A stretch of DNA of 64,000 nucleotides from Felis catus (lineage: Eukaryota): contig NC_058368.1 in assembly GCF_018350175.1 (NCBI RefSeq), positions 31,250,001 to 31,314,000 of the forward strand, read 5' to 3'. Of this stretch, positions 27,792 to 41,740 are shown piece by piece. The notes beneath the pieces were generated by a model. That model saw only the letters and a list, made by a program, of their open reading frames with translations. It was not told the DNA's origin and searched no databases. The translations under genes and the position numbers were made by a program. Positions within the stretch are counted from its first letter, which is position 1; each line of letters starts with the position of its first letter.

Positions 27792-28137
27792 CAGAGCCTC
27801 AGGGATCAGTGGAACCATATCAAAAGATACAACCTGAGTATCACTGGAAGATGAGGAAGAGAGGACAAAGTGTGGGACTGAAGAAGGATTCAAAGGAATT
27901 ATGGCTGAAACTTCCCAGATTTGTTGAAAGGCATAGACCCATATTTTCAATAAACTGAGCAAACCCCAACAGCATAAAGTCAAAGAAATCCACACAAAAA
28001 CACATCATAATTAATCTTGGGAAAACTAAACACAACAACAATAAAATATTGAAATAAACCAAAGGAAAGTAATACATTACTTATAGGGAATTTGTACTAA
28101 AATAAGAGCAAATTTCTCATCAAAAACCAAAGAGACT
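27232..28137 (+). mobile_element. Older L1M-type 5' region/ORF1 fragment (left part, host of the full-length L1)
   Basis: ORF1-like sequence (cagagcctcagggatcagtgg..., gcaaatttctcatcaaaaacc) that resumes after the younger L1. Contains a (CA)n tract. Confidence 0.75.
27756..27790. repeat. (CA)n microsatellite
   Basis: Direct reading. Confidence 0.95.
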
Positions 28138-28166
28138 GGACTTCTGGGGAAGAGAGCAGAATATTC

Positions 28167-28216
<50 letters not shown>

Positions 28217-28281
28217 GTATATATATACGTATATATACATATATATATATGTGTGTATACATATATATATATATATATAAT
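28167..28281. repeat. Compound (TA)n/(TATG)n microsatellite
   Basis: Direct reading. Lies about 30 bp inside the L1 5' end. Confidence 0.95.
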
Positions 28282-29374
28282 AGGACCACCTTAAGCTTAT
28301 CTCATTCCGCAGATACACCTAGATAACACCCACATCAGTGTCCATAACACAGAAAATGACCCAAACCCCTGCAAAACAGACTCCCCACAGCTTAGCATAG
28401 AGAAGAGGCCACATCAAAGAATGTTGAAAGGGAAGAGACACGGTTGGAAACCAAACTTCCCCAGAAGACTGTCACAGGAAGAAGAGCCAACACAAGCACA
28501 GAGAAGGGAGAGAAATAGACACATACTAGGCACACCAGACACCCCAGGCACAGGAGACCATTCTGGGAAGATGAATCCCCATTACTTTTGGCTTTGAAAA
28601 CCACAGAGATTAACTTTGCAAGTTTTTATAATCAGTGAGGCTTAAGACCTTGAACTTTAAAATCAGAAGGCTCAGCTCTGGCAAACTGAGTGCCCACCCT
28701 TAACTAGACAGAAAACAACTTCACTGAGACACAGCATAGAAGCAGCAATTGAGAAACACCTGGAGCATACAGGAAGAAGATTTATTTACTCATATCACAT
28801 TGTGTACCAGAGGAGCAGGGATATTTAGGAGACTACTCAAAGAACAAAAGAGCTGGCATGTGCCATTTCCCTATCCCCCAGCATAGATACATCAACACTC
28901 TCCACCTAGCTTGCTAACACCAGGTACCTTTCCCCTGTGCTCTCCCGTGGACCTGCCCTGTTCAATCTGCCCTTTGCCGGAGCCCACCCAAAATAGTGCT
29001 ATAAGCATGGCATTATGCAAGTAGCCCCAACAGAGTCCTTACTATGCCACAGTGAATCCTGATCCAGGGAGAGGAGAAGATAATTACCCGTATCAATTTG
29101 ACTGTGGGCAGGCTGGGGGCAGACATCTGGTCTAATTTCAGTTTCCACCCACCCACAAAAGCATCTCAGGGGACAACACAGGGAGAGTGCCCTGCAGTTC
29201 GCTGCAACTGCAGCTCTGGCAAAAGCCTGGTCCGACCCAACTCAGGTCCAACATGGACCCAGACTATCTCATTAACAAAACAGGGACCAAACCCTGCCCA
29301 CAATAGGCAATGAAAGCCATTGCAGACAACTGAACTGAAAGGAAAATGCAACTCAGCCACAAGGCTGAGCCACA

Positions 29375-29586
29375 GGCACCTGGGTGGCTCAGTTGGTTAA
29401 GTAACCAACTGTCGATTTTGGCTCAGGTCACAATCTCACAGTTCCAGGAACGGAGACCCGTGTTGGGCTCTGAACTGACAGCATGGAGCCTGCTTGGGAT
29501 TCTCTCTCTCCTCTCTCTGACCCTCCTCTGTTCATTCCCTCTCTCCATCTCTCACTCGAAATAAATGAATAAAAGAAAAGAAAAAA
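29375..29586 (+). mobile_element. CAN-SINE nested in L1
   Basis: ggcacctgggtggctcagttggttaag head, CT tract and A tail. Confidence 0.9.
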
Positions 29587-30640
29587 TACCCAGAGTTAAA
29601 CAAAATGATGATATAGAGGAATATTCCCCAAATCAAAGAACAGGAAGAAATCATGGAAAGAGACCTAAATGAAACGGAGATACATGATATACCTGATAGA
29701 GAATTTAAAAGTGATGGTCATAAAGATACTCAGAGGACTTGGGGAAAAAGTAGAGGATCGCAGTGAGACCCTCAACAAAGAAACAGAAAATAATTAAACC
29801 ATCAATCAGAAATAAAGAACTCAATACCTATAATAAAATATACACTAGAGGGAATCAATATTAGACTAGAGGAAAAAGAATGGATCAGTGATCTGTAAGA
29901 GAGTAATGGAAAATCAAGCTGAACAGGAGAGAGAAAAAATAATAATAATAAATGAGAATAGGTTGAAGGAACTCAGTGATACCATCAAGCATAATAACAT
30001 TCTTATTACAGGATCCCAGAAAGAAAAGAGAGAGAAAGGGGGAAGAAAATTTATTTGAAGAAATAATAGCTGACAACTTCTCAAGTTTGGGTAAAGAAAC
30101 AGAAATCCAGATACAGGAGGTACAGAGAGGCCCCAAGAAAATCAACCAAAGGGGTCCACACCAAGAAACACAGTAATTAAAATGGAATAAGTAGTGATAA
30201 AGATAATTTTAAAAGCAGCAAGAGAAAACAGTTACATACAAGTGAAACCCTATTAGGCTACAAGATGATTTTTTACCAGAAACTTTGCAGACCAGAGGGA
30301 GTGGCATACCTATTCAAAGTGCTAAAAGGATAATATCTGCAGCCAAGAATACTCTATCCAGTAAGGCTATCACTCAGAATGGAAAGAGATAAAGAGTTTC
30401 CAAACAAGAAAAAGTGAAAGGAATTCACCACCACTGCACTTGCCTTATGAGAAATGATAAAGGAGATTCTATGAGTGGAATGGAAAGATCATAAGCAGGA
30501 GTAAGAAAAGTAGGAAGCATGAAAATGATAAAATAGAGTATATCTATAAAAATCAGTCAAGGGATTCACAAAATAAAAGGATGCAAAGTATGACAACATA
30601 TACCTAAAATGTAAGGGGGGGGTAACAACATATTGCTTTA

Positions 30641-30833
30641 CAACTTTAAGTCTACTTGACAGAGAGAAAGCAGAGGAGGGGCAGAGAGAAGGGGAGAGAG
30701 AGAGAATCCCAGACAGGCCCTGCACTGTCAGCATGGAGCCCAATGAGGGGCTCAAACTCACTAGCCATGAGATAATGACCTGAGCCAAAACCAAGAGTCA
30801 GACACTTAACCATCTGAGCCACCCAGGCACCCC
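30641..30833 (-). mobile_element. CAN-SINE nested in L1
   Basis: TSD aacatattgcttt on both sides. Confidence 0.9.
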
Positions 30834-31574
30834 AATAACATATTGCTTTTAGAATGGGTTAAAACTTAAGCAACCATCAACTTAACATGGGTTTTGGTAT
30901 GCAAAAGATGTTACATACAAACCTAATTAATGGTAAACACAAATTGAAAACCAGTAACAGATATGCAAAAAAAAAAAAAAATCAACAGAAAGGAATCTAA
31001 GTATATCACTAAAGAAAGCTAGCAAAATGTAAGAGAGCAAGAGAAGGAACACAGAAGAACTACAAAACCTACTGTAAAACAAGTAACAAAATGGCAATAA
31101 GTACATACCCATAAATAATTACTTTGAATGTAAATGGACTAAATGCTCCACTCAAAAGAAATAGGGTGATGGAGTGGATAAAAATGCAAGATCCATTTAT
31201 ATGCTGCCTACAAGAGACTCATTTCAAACCTGAAGACACATGCAGACTTAACTTGAGGGGATGGAGAAACATTTATCATGCAAAAGGAAGTGAAAAGAAG
31301 GGGTAGCAATACTTCTGTTGAACAAAATAGATTTTTTAAACAAAGAATGTAACAAGAAACAAAGAAGGATACCACATAATCATATAGGGGACAATCCAAC
31401 CAGAAGATATAACAATTATAAATATTTATGCGCTCAACATGAAAGAACCAAATATATAATGCAGTTAATGACAAACATAAAGATAGTATTCTATAGTAAT
31501 AGTATAATAGTAAGAAACGGGGTCTAACAGATTGATTCAGAACATTCCATCCTAAACAGAATACACATTATTTT

Positions 31575-31796
31575 CTTTTTCTTAAAATTTTTTTTAACGT
31601 TTATTTATTTTTGAGACAGAGGGAGACAGAGCATGAACGGGGGAGGGTCAGAGAGAGGGAGACACAGAATCTGAAACAGGCTCCAGGCTCTGAGCTGTCA
31701 GCACAGAGCCCGACGCGGGGCTCGAACTCACAGACTGCGAGATCATGACCTGAGCCGAAGTCGGCCGCTTAACCAACTGAGCCACCCAGGTGCCCC
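31575..31796 (-). mobile_element. SINEC_Fc2-type CAN-SINE nested in L1 ORF2
   Basis: TSD aatacacattatttt. Confidence 0.95.
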
Positions 31797-32646
31797 AATA
31801 CACATTATTTTCAAAGGCACATAGAAGATTCTCTAGAAGAGATCCCCACATTGGGCTCCATGATGACCACGGAGCCTGCTTTAGATTTTCTCTCTCTCCC
31901 CCTCCCTCTGCCCCTCTCCCCAACCTGTGCTCTCTCTTTAAAATAAAAATTAAAAAAAAAAAAGGAGAAATAAGAGTGACACCACAGAAATCCAAACAGT
32001 TATAAGGCCACAAAAGAAGTCTTGACATAGGCAAAAGGACAGAAATAACATCATGCTGCTTTTCTAACCACAGCACTATGAAACTATATTTCAAGCACAA
32101 GAAAAAAATATGTACAAAATTATGCTTGTACATCAAGCACAAGAAAAAAATATGGAAAGAACACCAACATATGGAGGTTAAATAACATGCTACTAAACAA
32201 TGGGTCAATCCAAAAAGGATTTCCAAAGAGGAAATTAAAAATATATGGAGACATGAAAACGAAAACAGAACAGTCCAAAATTGGGGATACAGCAAAAACT
32301 GTTTTAAGAGGGAAGTTTATAGCAATACATGCCTCAGACAGCAAGAAACATACCAAATAAACAACCTAACCTTAAACCTAAAAGAAAGAAAGAACAAACA
32401 AAACCCCAAACAGGCAGAAGGAAAGAAATAATAAAGATTAGGACAGAAATAAATGAAATAGAAACTAAAAGAAAAAAAAAAAAAAGAAAACAATAGCACA
32501 GATCAATGAAACCAGGAGCTGGTTCTTTGAAAAGATCAACTGTATTGATAAACCTTTTGTCAGATTCATGAATACAGAGAGAGAGAGAGTGACAGAGAGA
32601 GAGAAAAAAATTTCAAAAAAAAATCAGAAATAGAAGAGGAGAAATA

Positions 32647-32840
32647 GGGGTACCTGGATGCCTCAATCAGTTGCAAGCTCAACTTTTTATTTTGGATCAG
32701 GTCATGATCCCAGAGTCGTGGGATTGAGCCCCACATTGAGCTCCATGATGACCATGGAGCCTGCTTTAGACTCTCTCTCCTTCCCTCTGCCCCTCTCCCC
32801 AACCTGTGCTCTCTTTAAAATAAAAATTAAAAAAAAAAAA
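32647..32840 (+). mobile_element. Older CAN-SINE nested in L1 ORF2
   Basis: TSD gaggagaaata (32636-32646 / 32841-32851). Confidence 0.9.
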
Positions 32841-35661
32841 GAGGAGAAATAAGACAGACACAACAGAAATACAAACAATTATAAGAGAATATTATGAAAA
32901 ATTATACGTCAATAAATTAGAAAAGCTAGAGTAAATGGAGAAATTCCTAGAAATATATAACCTCCCAAAACCGAATCAGGAAAAATAGAAAATTAGTACA
33001 GACTGATCACGAGCAATAAAATTGAATCAGTAATCAAAAAAGTCCCAATAAACAAGAGTCCAGGACCAGATAGCTTCACAGGCAAATTCTACCATATATT
33101 TAAAGATGAGTTAATATCTATTATTATCAAACTATTCCAAAAAAAAAAAAAACTTCCAAATTCATTCTCAGAGACCAGCATTACCCTGATGTCAAGACCA
33201 GATAAATACAAAAAAAAAAAAAAAAAAAGATGACTGTAGGCCAGTATCTCTGATGAACATAGAGGCATGAGTCTTCAACAAAACATTAGCAAAACAAATC
33301 CAATAATATATTAAAGAAAGAACTCACCATAATCAAATGGTATTTATTCCCTGGATGCAAGGGTAGTTCAATATTTGCAAATTAATCAATGTGATACTTC
33401 ACAACAAAAGGATAAAAACCAAATGATCCTTTCAATAGATACAGAAAAGCATGTAACAAAGTACGACATCCATTCATGACAAAATCCCTCAACAAAGTAA
33501 GTTTAGAAGGAACATACTTCAACGTAATAAAGGCCATATATGAAAAACCCACAGTTAACATCACATTCAATGGTGAAAACTGACAGCTTTCCCCGCTAAG
33601 ATCAGGAAGAAGACAAGGATGTTCACCCTCACCACTTTTATTCACCATAGTACTGGAAGTCCTAGTCACAGCAATCATATAAGAAAAAGAAGTCATCCAA
33701 ATGGGTACAGGAGAAATAAAACTATCTGTAGATGATCCTATACAAAGAATCTCTACCAAAAAACTATTAGAACTGATAGATGAATACCATAGTTTGCAGG
33801 ATATAAAAATCAATATGCATAAATTTGTTGCATTTCTATACAATGATCATGAAATAACAGAGATTAAATAAACAATCTCATTTACAACTGCACCAAAAAT
33901 AATACAATACCTAGGGATAAACTTAACCAAGGAGGTCAAAGACTTGACTCTGAAAATTATAAAACACTGATGAAACAATTTAAAGACAACACAAACAAAT
34001 GGAAAGATATTCCATGCTCATGGATTGGGAGAATATTAAAATGTCTATACTACCCAAAGTAATATACAGATTTAATACAATCCCTATCAAAATACCAACA
34101 GCATTTTTCTTTCCCCAGAACTAGAGCAAATAATCCTAAAATTTGTATGGAATCACAAAGACCATGAAACAGAACAAAATAGGAGGTCTCACATTTTCAG
34201 ATTTCAAAGTTACAAAGCTGTAGTAATAGGTTACAAAGCTGTAGTAATCAAAACAGTATGAAACTGGCATAAAAGTAGACACATAGATCAATAGAACAGA
34301 ATATTGAGACCAGAAATAAACCCACGATTATATTGTCAATTAATCTATGACAAAGTAGGCAAAAATATACAATAGGAAAAAGACACTCTCTTCAACAAAG
34401 GGTTTTGAGAAAACTGGGTAGCTACATGCAAATTAATGAAAATGGACAACTTTCTTAGACCATACACAAAAATAAACTCAACATTGGTTAAAGATCTAAA
34501 TGTGAAACCCAAACCCATAAAAAACCTATAAGAGAGCACCAGGAGTAATTTCTCTGACATAGGCCATAGCAACAGTTTCTAACTATGTCTCCTGAGGCAA
34601 GGGTAACAAAAGCAAATAAAAACTATTAGGACTATATTCGAATGGAATTCTTCTGCACAGCAAAGGAAACCAATCAGAAAAACCAAAAGACAACCTACAA
34701 CCTACTGAATGGGAGATACTTGCAGGTCATATATCCAATAAGCAGTTAGTACCCAAAATATATGAACAACTTACACTATTCAACACCACCCCCCCACACA
34801 AATAATCCAATTAAAATGGGCAGAAGACATGAAGAGACATTTCTATAAAGAAGACAGATGCATGAAGAGATGATCAACATCTCTCATCATCAGGGAAATG
34901 CAAATCAAAACCACAATGCTGTATCACCTCACACATGTCAGAATGGCTAAAATAAAAAAAAAAAAAACACAAGAAATAAGTGTTAAAGAGGATGTGGAGA
35001 AAAAGGAACCTGCATGTACTATTTTTTTGGGAATGCAAACTGGTGCAGCCACTGTGGAAAACAATATAGAGGTTCCTGAAAAAATTAAAAATACAATTAC
35101 TATATCATCCAGTAATTTCACTACTAGGCATTTACTCAAAGAATACAAGAACACTAATTGGAAAATATATATGCACCCCCATGTTTGTTGTAGCATTATT
35201 TACAATAACCAGCATAATAAATATAGAAGAAATTCAGTTGTCTATCAGCAGATGAATGGGTAAAGAAGAGGTGAATATATGTAACACATGCATCTTGGAA
35301 TATTTGGCATACAAAATAATGGAATCTTACCATTTGCAACAACATGGATGGATCTCAGGAGTGTAATACTAAGTGAAATAAGTCAGAAAGCCAAATAGCA
35401 TATTATTTCACTAATAAAACAAACAAAAAAAAGCACACTCTTAAATATAGAGAACTGTTGGTTAACACAGGGCAGATGGGTGGGGGCATGGGTGAAACAG
35501 GTAAAAGGGATCAAGTGTCACTTATCTAGATGATCTCAGAACATATAGAATTGTTGAATCACTATATTGTACACCTGAAACTGATATAACACTGTACATT
35601 AGTTATGCTGGAATTAAGAAAGTAAATAAAACAAAAAGAAACCCAAACAGAAAAGAAAACC

Positions 35662-35990
35662 AATAACCAAGGAGACAATGAAGATATGCCACAATAATTT
35701 TCAAGTGCTGAAAGAACTGTGGACAGTTTATTTTATATTTGGGAAACAGTCCTTCAGCATTATGAAAAATAAAGACATTTCCAGAAGAAAGAAAACCAAA
35801 AGAAATTGTTACTAGATATACTCTATACAAAAAAAAAAAAAAAAAAAAGCTAAAAGATGTTCTTCCCAAAGAAAGGAAATGATAAAATGAAGAGTTTTGA
35901 AGCATCAAGAAGAAAGACAGACAGAAAGGAAAGTGGGTCAATACAATAAATTAGAGATACATTACAATATGAAACAGAAAGCTGGAGGCA
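35662..35990 (+). mobile_element. Older L1M-type ORF1 fragment (right part)
   Basis: Continues the ORF1 C-terminus (ataattttcaagtgctgaaagaa...aaataaagacatttccag) immediately after the TSD. Confidence 0.75.
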
Positions 35991-36439
35991 TTGTTTTAAA
36001 GGCATTGCATAGTCCAAATTTAGAAGATTAAGATTGTGTTTGAAAACTAGAAATTTCTCTTTATAGATGGTATAAGATATATCCAAATGTTTTCAGAAAT
36101 TAGTATAGTTATTTGTCTGTCATTAAATCACCAAAAAAAGAGAATATTGGGTTTCTTGTTCCCCAGAAAGAACTGAATGAGCATAAGTCTAACTAGCCAA
36201 AGACTGTGGTAGCATTCCAAAGCGTTGCCCATTAAATGACTGGAAAAACATTTGTAGATAATAGGTAGGTGCAGAATAAATAGGGAAATGAGGTATATAA
36301 GCCCACAATAATTGGTTCAAGAATAATATAATAATAATGACAATGTCACCTGAGTTTTCATCTTTGTGCTTCAGAGATTTTTTTTATCTGTTGTCTTCAT
36401 TGCTTAGAAAAAAAAGTATTTTATTTATGAGTCTATTTA

Positions 36440-36885
36440 TTTATCTCCTCAGACACTCTTCCACATTCTGTCCACGTCACAGGAGGACTGATACTCTCCT
36501 CTACTATTGTGTCATATTGCCTTTGGCTTAGTTCAGTCAATAGGAACCAATGGTGGGAATATGTGGGAGAGGAAAAGAAACTAGGGAAATCCTTCCTTCT
36601 TCTCTGCCTAGATGGTTTCTCCAATAGACTCTGTCCCTGTGTCTCTTCTTGAGTGTAGTTCCCTCTGTATACTTTTCATGCTATTAGCTTACTTTGTGTG
36701 ACTTTGGACACGAGGCCCCCTCTTCTTAATGCCCTTGAACCTAAGATGGTAGTGGTTTCCTGCCATTGTTACTCTTGTCCCATTTGACTCTTAGATACTC
36801 TTTCACCTGTGAAGCTAATTCTTGAATTAAATTTCCTATGTTATAAATAAAGTGACATTTGTTTTCCTAGTTGGACCCTTAAAAT
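36440..36885 (+). mobile_element. ERVL LTR remnant, LTR33-like
   Basis: gcccttgaacctaagatggtagtggtttcctgccattgttact...attaaatttcct...tttcctagttggaccct. Confidence 0.55.
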
Positions 36886-37720
36886 ATACCTTAAAATCAT
36901 TAATAGAGGGCAAAATACATATTTTATACCTTAAGATATACCTTAAAATACTGAATAGAGAGAATAAATCCCTAGAGGTCATTCATTTTAATCCAACTCT
37001 GTATGCTATAACACATGATTATTATTTGTAGTTCTTCTTTTTACATACATATAAGTAAAAGCTAAAATAGGCAAGAATTTTTAGAGTGAATAAAAAGAAG
37101 CCATGATCAACTATTTGTCTATGCTGGGATAAATTTGACTTTAACAGCCCAAATTCAAATGTCTTTAGAATGGACTCATCTTCTGGCAGGGCCCAGGGAC
37201 TCTGATGCCTGAAATACCTATATCAAATTGACTCTAAGGAACTCTTCATCACCCCCAGACCATCCCATGCCCATGTCTCAGTCTGACTTCAACAAATCAA
37301 TAGAGACCTTTTGTTACCATGAATCAATTTGTCATCACGATTAGTAGCTAAAATGCATTATGGCTACTTTTTATATCTTTCATTTTCTAAAGCAATACAT
37401 TAAAACATTAAATTTTCAGGATATTTCTAAATGAATTATTTTGAAAACTGACTAAATCAAAAAACTAAACACGAAAAGAGAGATTTTTTAGAGCACAAAC
37501 TGACCTAAGTTTGACTATAGGATCTGGGAACTCCACAGGGCATTGGGACAGGGAGGAGCTAACAAAAGTTGCAGCAAGATTGCCAACATGAGATTTAGTG
37601 TAACAAGGTTGTTTATAGACATATATATGGGAAAAGTTCTTCGTGAAATAAATACATTCAGGAAAAATAAGAAAACATACAATAAGCTACAAAAAAAGTG
37701 CTTTAAAAGATAGCATTCAA

Positions 37721-37928
37721 GGGGCGCCTGGGTGGCTGGGTCGGTTAAGCGTCCGACTTCAGCTCAGGTCATGATCTCATGGTCCGTGAGTTCGAGCCCC
37801 GCGTCCGGCGCTGTGCTGACAGCTCAGAGCTTGGAGCCCGTTTCAGATTCTGTGTCTCCCTCTCTCTCTGCCCCTCCCCTGTTCATGCTCTGTCTCTTTC
37901 TGTCTCAAAAATAAATAAACGTTAAAAA
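37721..37928 (+). mobile_element. SINEC_Fc2-type CAN-SINE
   Basis: Perfect TSD aaaagatagcattcaa. Confidence 0.96.
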
Positions 37929-38179
37929 AAAAGATAGCATTCAAAACGTTACCAAGATGACTTGTACATCATGAATAAATGTCAGCTTAGCTTTTGATAC
38001 CTTTGAGACAATTAATCTCTATGTCCCAGCCTTTTGGGATCTACAGGAAAAGAAATCAAGGAAGAGTAACAGAGAAACAGGTGAAATTCCTTTGGTCAAT
38101 TCTCCAGTGAGCTCTGTTTTTCTTTTCCTCCCATTTTCTTGGGGACTTCTAGTTCCCCCATATTGTTTCTCATATCCAC

Positions 38180-39500
38180 ACTCTCCTGTGTTACAATCTC
38201 TTGTTAGCACTTACTCTGTTTGAGCCTCGTCTTCTTGAAAAACCCCAAACACATTCCTTGAACATTTATTCTCATACAACTGCCAGCTACTTCCTCTCAC
38301 AGACAAATTTTATTGAAGAAATTTGTTTCAATTGATTCCTCCATTTCCTGGCTTCCTGTTTCCTCTACAACCCACTGTAGTCTAGATTCTTTCCTTGTCA
38401 CTTCAGTTAAATTTTACGTGGAAGATGATGGTATCCTTTGGTTACAAAACTCATTGAACATTGAGTGTCCTTACCTTACTCAAACATGTGGAAGCATTTG
38501 GTGTTGTTGATCCATCTCTACTTCCTCAAGTGTTTTTGCCTTTGGTTTCTGTGATATGATATTTCCATTTCTTCACAGATTTCTTTGAGAGATCTCTCAC
38601 TTCTGCCTATCTTGTTGTTGGCTCATAAACTAGCCCCTAAACACAGATAGCAGGGAGAGACCAAAGAGAGGCAGACCACTCCAGACTCGTGGGTGGCAGG
38701 TTTTATAAGCAAGGGAATTCACAAATGAGGCTTGTCTTCCACAGCAGTAGACCATTAGCCATCTGCCCCACCCACCAGAATCTTAAAAGGACCTTCACTG
38801 GTTTCAACCACATATACTGTCCAGACAGTCTCAATAGCACCATCTCAAGGCTGTGTCCTTGGGGCAGCATGTAGCATGGGGAAGGCAAAAAAGACCATAC
38901 AGTCTAAAGATCGGGGAGAAGACAAGAAGTCTCTGATTGCAGGATCCAGCTCACAGGTGGACCTGAGGTCATGTCCTCTGGATAACCTCCAACACCTGTA
39001 ATTGCTGATTAACATCAGGTTCAACATAAGGTTTTTTTCCCTGTCTTCTCTTTCTGCATAGTTTACCCAGTTATTATCTACTGACTGCTGAGTTTGAGTC
39101 ATTATCTACACACTAATTCATTTTCCACATGACCCCTTGTCCCACACAAAACTCACCAATTTTGTTCCTTATTTTCTATCACCTTCTTATGTTGCTATAA
39201 AAATTACATAAATTGAACTACCTAAACAGAAACCCAAACACAATATTTGACTCCTATTTCTCCTTCTGTCTTCAATTACCAGGTTTCCTGGTTTCAACTT
39301 TGATATTCTGGAAATAGGATTCTCCATTCTCTCCATCCATCACTCTAGTTCAAGACATCATTATCTCTTACCTGGATTTCAGCAAAAATCTATGCACCCA
39401 GACACCTTTATTCAATTTTACTCTCCTCTTATCTTTTAAGTTGTTCTTCACCCTGCAGACAATGCTTTCCCCAAAACATGAATATGATTTAATTTACAAG
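38180..39500 (+). mobile_element. L2 LINE fragment (RT region), split by a solo LTR
   Basis: Pyrimidine-rich L2-like sequence, e.g. gaagcatttggtgttgttgatccatctctacttcctcaa...ctttggtttctgtgat and gttcaagacatcattatctcttacctggatt. Confidence 0.65.
38616..38994 (-). mobile_element. Solo ERV LTR (family not identified, probably carnivore-lineage)
   Basis: Inverted termini tgttgg...ccaaca and 5-bp TSD cttgt/cctgt. Inserted in L2. Orientation inferred from the ggcaggttttataag segment. Confidence 0.75.
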
Positions 39501-41508
39501 CTTTATTTAACTATATCTTGATTCTAAGTCTTTTGATTCATGAGTAGGTTGTTTCATGAATGCATTTCAGATTGTTTAAGGATTACTACACTTATCTGTA
39601 TATTGGTACAAATATCACAAATACACATGTAAATATATATTCAGAGATTAAATGTTTTGAGAACATTTATATTTTATGTAAACAAAAACTCATGACTGTT
39701 AAAATTAAGTCATATTAATATTAATAAGAAAGAAAACATAATTTTAAGTATACAATGTAATTAGCAGTGCATTTTTCTGTTTCTTAAAGAGTTATGGGAC
39801 CAATATTTCCAGAAATGATTTGAATACAAGATGGCTTTTTAAAATGTTGTCATTATCCATTTATTCAGGCCATTTGATTTCTCCTTCCCTCCCCAAAATA
39901 TCTTACAAAAAATTCCCCCAAATCTTCTTCTGTTAACTAAAATTTAGCCTAATCAAGCCCAGCCAGCTGAGCATCTTCTCTTGGAACACAAGCTAAAGGG
40001 AGAGCAGGTGTCACCAAGAGTAACACAGGCCAATGAGAACGAAAGCCAACAGCCATGCTGACATGGATATCCCAGCCTGTCTACAGAGTGGACAGTAGTG
40101 GAGAGAGCATCATCACTCTGGAATGTGTTTGCCTGTTTCTTTCAGTCCTGCTTCTTAGTTCTGTATTCCATTTCTACGTGATTCCCATTCTTGACGTTAT
40201 GATTTTTCTATGCCTATGTCCTAAGACTCTCTTCCTGTTTTCGTCTTTTCACAAAGATAACATTTGGTGGAACCTAGTGCACAGGTTTTGAATAAACTTT
40301 ATTTGCCTCTACTTTATTTGATTATACTTACCTTCCCCATTCTGATTAGTATTTTAAAAACATTTCCCACTATCCAAGTCAAACATTTTTTGTCCAAGCT
40401 TTTTTCCCTCCTAATAAAATACTGTTTACCCAGTGTGTAATACCCTTCCTGTCCTCCTTGTACAGCCTCATCTTCTAAACCATGACTCAGTGCACCAATC
40501 TTTTACTCTCATCTGTAGACAAGTTAAAAAAGAAACCTTCTTTGTGGTCTCACTGAAGTCTTTCTTGTTCATTTTCTGGTATCGAGATCTATATGACAGA
40601 ATGGGCCACTTGGAATTATGGTGACTGATGTACTGTACTGGGTTGTGTACTAAGTACTGACACTAATGGAAAATTTTATATTCCACAATTGCATTTGCTA
40701 AGCACTGCTTCCATTGTGTTAAATAATATCAATCCTAGCTAATAAGAAATGGAAGGATAAATAGAGTACTTTCCTAACACACTATTTTCCAAACTTAAAT
40801 ATGGATATTTTATGATACTGTGTTTGCTGTTTTGGAGAAGCTGTTCCAGAGAAATGATGTTCATAAGAATCTTTTCCCCCTAAGTTAGTTTCTGACCTAC
40901 CAACAGGCAGGATTACAGTTTGAGACTGGTTTTTTATTTAAACTCTGCTAACATTTTATCTGAACTGATTTCTCTATCTCTAAGGTTTGGGGTCTCCACT
41001 GTCCTCTTAATTATGTTTTTTTAAAACAAAATAAACCCTCATATTTTGAAAGGAGCAGATATTAAAAAATGAGCGTAATTCTGAATCAGTATCACAGATA
41101 ATTTAGAGGCTACATGTCTTACTTCCTAATAACACAACTGACACAATGACATGGAATAAAAGGTTAGAAGTAAGTTTATTTACTTTCAGAATTCTTTGTT
41201 TAGATATATAAAAAAGAAAAAAAAACTTCTAAAAATGGAAATATTGTCTTTTCCTAAATGTCTCTGGGATTGTGTGAACTACATTTGTTGTGTCTGGTAG
41301 ACCATCACTTTGGATCAACCTGGCCTAATTATTTTCTCAGAAATAAGGGACCAAGAAGAATCATGACCATGACCTCAACATTTATGCCCCAAGTGGGAAA
41401 CTTGTTTTAAAAATCCTGCCATTGTAGCCCTATTCATATGCAAACAATCTTTGTTTAGAACTTGTTATATCCAGTGACCCATCTACAAGGGGACTTGCAT
41501 CAGCATTG

Positions 41509-41707
41509 TTTTTTTTAAATTTGAGAGAGAGCCAGAGCGAGAGCAAGAGCGAGAGCGAGAGAGGAAGTGTAGGGGAGGGCCAGAGGGAGAGGGAAAATCT
41601 TAAACAGCGTGGAGCCCGACCCAGGGTTCCATCCAATAACCATGAGATCAAGACCTGAGCTAAATTCGAGAGTCAGACACTTAATGACTAAGCCACGCAG
41701 GTGCCCC
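41509..41707 (-). mobile_element. Older CAN-SINE
   Basis: TSD tgcatc(a/t)gca. Confidence 0.88.
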
Positions 41708-41740
41708 TGCATCTGCACTTTTAAATTCAAGCATCCCATG

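Larger units (their letters stand above)
28138..35661 (+). mobile_element. Full-length, inactivated carnivore LINE-1 (L1_Carn-like)
   Basis: 5' UTR, ORF1 remnant (~29590-30490), ORF2 from ATG 31091 (ITLNVNGLNAPLKRNRVMEWIKMQDPFICCLQETHF endonuclease motif), RT and C-terminal remnants, 3' UTR and A-rich tail. TSD aaaaaccaaagagact (28122-28137) / aataaccaaggagaca (35662-35677). Many stops and frameshifts, and several nested SINEs. Confidence 0.92.

Noticed and set aside
31648..32295. Longest listed ORF (215 aa, minus strand) and similar ORFs containing WVAQSVK/AQVMIS/LEPVSDSVSPSL
   Set aside because: Antisense L1 plus CAN-SINE translations. They are repeat-derived, not genes.
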